The notes below the pieces were generated by a model, which did no database searches, had not been told where the DNA came from, and worked only from the letters and a program-made list of their open reading frames with translations. Of a stretch of DNA of 56,290 nt, positions 54,270 to 56,290 are shown piece after piece. Source of the stretch: a virus; UHGV virus genome UHGV-0206581, one strand, 5' to 3'. The translations under genes were made by a program, and so were the position numbers. The stretch's first letter is position 1. Each line of letters starts with the position of its first letter.

Positions 54270-54271
54270 GC

Positions 54272-54649
54272 ATGGAGAGACTGACATACTGGTGTGACAA
54301 TGGGCATGGTGGTGGAAAATGGTTTGTAGCTATCGATGCCGAAGGAAGAGAAGATTACGGGCCGCACGTTGACCGCCTCGCAGCCTATGAGGAGACTGGC
54401 TTGGAGCCGGGGGACTTCAAACGAGCATTTAGTGAGGATACTATTTTGAAGTTGGCTGGGCAAGCCCTTGGTATAACACCTGAACGCCTCCGCGAACTGG
54501 CCCAGGCGGACAAAGACGGAAAAATAAAAGCGTACATCGTGGATAGCTTTTATTGCGATATCTGCCAGAAACGGCACGACAGGATAAAAGAGATCAAAGT
54601 TTATTTGACCCGCGACGCTGCCGAGGCCGCACTTTCAGAAAGAAGGTAG
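54272..54649 (+). CDS. Hypothetical protein
   Basis: MERLT...RLAAYEETGLEP...RLRELAQADKDG...TRDAAEAAL. Confidence 0.75.
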   Translation: MERLTYWCDNGHGGGKWFVAIDAEGREDYGPHVDRLAAYEETGLEPGDFKRAFSEDTILKLAGQALGITPERLRELAQADKDGKIKAYIVDSFYCDICQKRHDRIKEIKVYLTRDAAEAALSERR

Positions 54650-54754
54650 TTTATGCCAAGCAAAAAAGAAAATGGACGGTATAAGCAATGCTGCTATCAG
54701 TGAAGAGATACAGGCTTGCTTGCAGAAGGCTTTAACGATGATGGAGGAAAAACA

Positions 54755-55219
54755 ATGAGAGAAATCCTTTCCAAAGCCAAGCGGCTGGATAATGGAGAGT
54801 GGGTGGAGGGAAACATTGTGGATGTCCCGGAAGATGCCGACTTTATGCCCGGAGCGTACATTCTACCGCGGCTGGTATCGGCCAGGGCAGACCCGCCCAC
54901 AAAAGGTATCATGCTCGGAGGTTTCTTTGAGGTTGACCCCTCCACGGTCTGCGAGTACACCGGACTGACCGACAGTGATGGAAAGCGTGTTTTTGATGGA
55001 GATATCCTCAAATTCTATGATGAGCCAAACGACTATGAATGGATTGGCCGCGTGGAGTTTGGGAATCCAAATGGCAGCTATACATGGGGCTGGCAACTTG
55101 TCCATATAAGCGGCCCGGAGCCGAACATTGATACCCTGTGCTGGTTTGATATGGAGGAAGTAGGAGTATACAGTGAAGTCATTGGAAACAAATTCGATGG
55201 AGGAAAAGATGATAGTTAA
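54755..55219 (+). CDS. YopX-family protein
   Basis: MREILSKAKRLDNGEWVEG...EYTGLTDSDGKRVFDGDIL...EVIGNKFD. Confidence 0.88.
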   Translation: MREILSKAKRLDNGEWVEGNIVDVPEDADFMPGAYILPRLVSARADPPTKGIMLGGFFEVDPSTVCEYTGLTDSDGKRVFDGDILKFYDEPNDYEWIGRVEFGNPNGSYTWGWQLVHISGPEPNIDTLCWFDMEEVGVYSEVIGNKFDGGKDDS

Positions 55220-55470
55220 TGAACAAACGTGTACGAAAAATAGCATCCACGACGGGGAGGGCGGCAATGATTAGACTGCTCCTTTTCCTGGGCATCATCC
55301 TGTCCATCGTCAAGGCAAATGGCTGGTTTGTGGTGCCGATGCCTGTCTTGGTTTTCTGCTGGGTAGGAAGCCTCGTTTGCTGGCTGATTTATTCCTATGC
55401 CCTTGGTGTGGGTGAAGGAGCTGCAAAAGAGATGAAAAAGAAAGTCCACGGCGGGGAGGGCGGACAATGA
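55219..55470 (+). CDS. Small membrane protein
   Basis: Two hydrophobic segments. Confidence 0.6.
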   Translation: MNKRVRKIASTTGRAAMIRLLLFLGIILSIVKANGWFVVPMPVLVFCWVGSLVCWLIYSYALGVGEGAAKEMKKKVHGGEGGQ

Positions 55471-55757
55471 AGTGCGAGAAATGCGGAAAGGAAATCGGGC
55501 ATCTGTTGGTTGATACTTTCCTCTATGATGGGAGCGACACTGATATTGAGCAGCCGGTTATTGAGTGCGAGAAAAATGCCGCTTACATTGAAACCACGCA
55601 AAACTGGACCGGATATGATCTGTCAGAGGAAGAAATGCTCGAAACGATAACCTGCCCACACTGCAAACAGTTCCCATTCAAGAGCAAAGAGATACAGGTC
55701 TATGATGTGGTGCGGGTGGTCTGCTTCAAGACGGAGGAGGGCGGACAGCATGTGTGA
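55467..55757 (+). CDS. Zinc-ribbon hypothetical protein
   Basis: CEKCG...CPHCK. Confidence 0.7.
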   Translation: MKCEKCGKEIGHLLVDTFLYDGSDTDIEQPVIECEKNAAYIETTQNWTGYDLSEEEMLETITCPHCKQFPFKSKEIQVYDVVRVVCFKTEEGGQHV

Positions 55758-56037
55758 ATGGATTAGCGTCAAGGAGAGGCTGCCGGAAAAAGAAAATGAG
55801 ATGGTCTTAGTTACCGACGGATTAACCGTTATTACAGGCTTCAGAAACTGGATGTTTAGACTGGAAGATGGAAAAGTTTATACACCAGGTCTAAAGATGG
55901 GTGGAGGGTCAATGGAAGTTACGCATTGGATGCCACTCCCAGACCCGCCGAAGGAGGGATGCGATACGAACGGAGAAGCAAAAAAATATACGGCGGAAGA
56001 AATTAAGGAATTAGCAAAGAAAGCATTTGAGGCTTGA
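55750..56037 (+). CDS. DUF551-family protein
   Basis: EWISVKERLPE...VTHWMPLPDPP. Confidence 0.8.
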   Translation: MCEWISVKERLPEKENEMVLVTDGLTVITGFRNWMFRLEDGKVYTPGLKMGGGSMEVTHWMPLPDPPKEGCDTNGEAKKYTAEEIKELAKKAFEA

Positions 56038-56085
56038 CAGAACGATGGCTTTATATTATGATATAAAGGGCATTTATAAACAAAA

Positions 56086-56238
56086 ATGAAATATGACATT
56101 TCAAATCTACTTAATGCAGTCGGCGCTATGTCTGAAATGCTCTGAGTTTTCTACGACAATCTGATAAAGCAGGGATTTTCACAGGAAGAAGCTCTTTATC
56201 TGACTAGCGACTATATGAAGGCGGTGTTAGGGAAATGA
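56086..56238 (+). pseudogene. Small gene with in-frame TGA at 56143
   Basis: MKYDISNLLNAVGAMSEML*VFYDNLIKQGFSQEEALYLT...; reads protein-like on both sides of the stop. Confidence 0.55.
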
Positions 56239-56290
56239 AATATAGCAATCCGACTTGGGAGCCTTACTTTAAAGACATCTCCCCTGCCCT
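56235..56290 (+). CDS. 5' part of a small ORF continuing at position 1 if the genome is circular
   Basis: MKYSNPTWEPYFKDISPAL|SKIYFLTNSGTIRYIVATMIFKKMSFLEWRNEHWT*, stop at 107-109. Confidence 0.6.
   Translation, partial: MKYSNPTWEPYFKDISPA

Larger units (their letters stand above)
1..56290. mobile_element. Complete temperate siphovirus-like phage genome (excised/circular form)
   Basis: Packaging, head, tail, lysis, integrase, repressor and replication modules are all present, with no host housekeeping genes. The ORF at 56235 reads in frame across the junction to TAA at 107-109. Confidence 0.93.

Noticed and set aside
6857..56238. TGA stop-codon reassignment, suggested by in-frame TGAs at 6959 and 56143
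   Set aside because: TGA terminates many core genes (portal, capsid, tail tube, endolysin) and no suppressor tRNA is visible; single nonsense mutations in dispensable genes are simpler.

Overview
The window looks like a complete, circularly closed genome of a temperate long-tailed (siphovirus-type) phage, probably of a Clostridia/Oscillospiraceae-like Firmicute (host is inferred). An ORF starting at 56235 continues in frame across the end/start junction, and the integrase sits beside an uninterrupted attP-like region. Gene order: terminase small subunit; an oppositely oriented island of small genes; serine resolvase and HNH/AP2 genes; terminase large subunit; a 1.3 kb non-coding region with tRNA and tRNA-like elements; head, tail and tail-tip genes; lysis genes; a Panacea toxin-antitoxin pair; an uncharacterised post-lysis cassette; attP/integrase; immunity region; recombination/replication genes with an iteron origin; small early genes. 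Two candidate undescribed systems stand out. (1) A radical SAM/SPASM enzyme inside the tail module overlaps a gene whose product has a 16-Cys ranthipeptide/SCIFF-like N-terminus fused to an FN3-like body, suggesting RiPP-type modification of a virion protein. (2) A doubled GTGCC(A/G)AGTGCC motif precedes terL, portal, major tail and tape-measure genes; in three clear cases its second copy forms an RNA hairpin that hides the Shine-Dalgarno or makes a terminator, and an unlisted 55-aa Com-like zinc-ribbon gene lies directly upstream of one copy. All product calls come from motif recognition and synteny by eye; no database searches were run.
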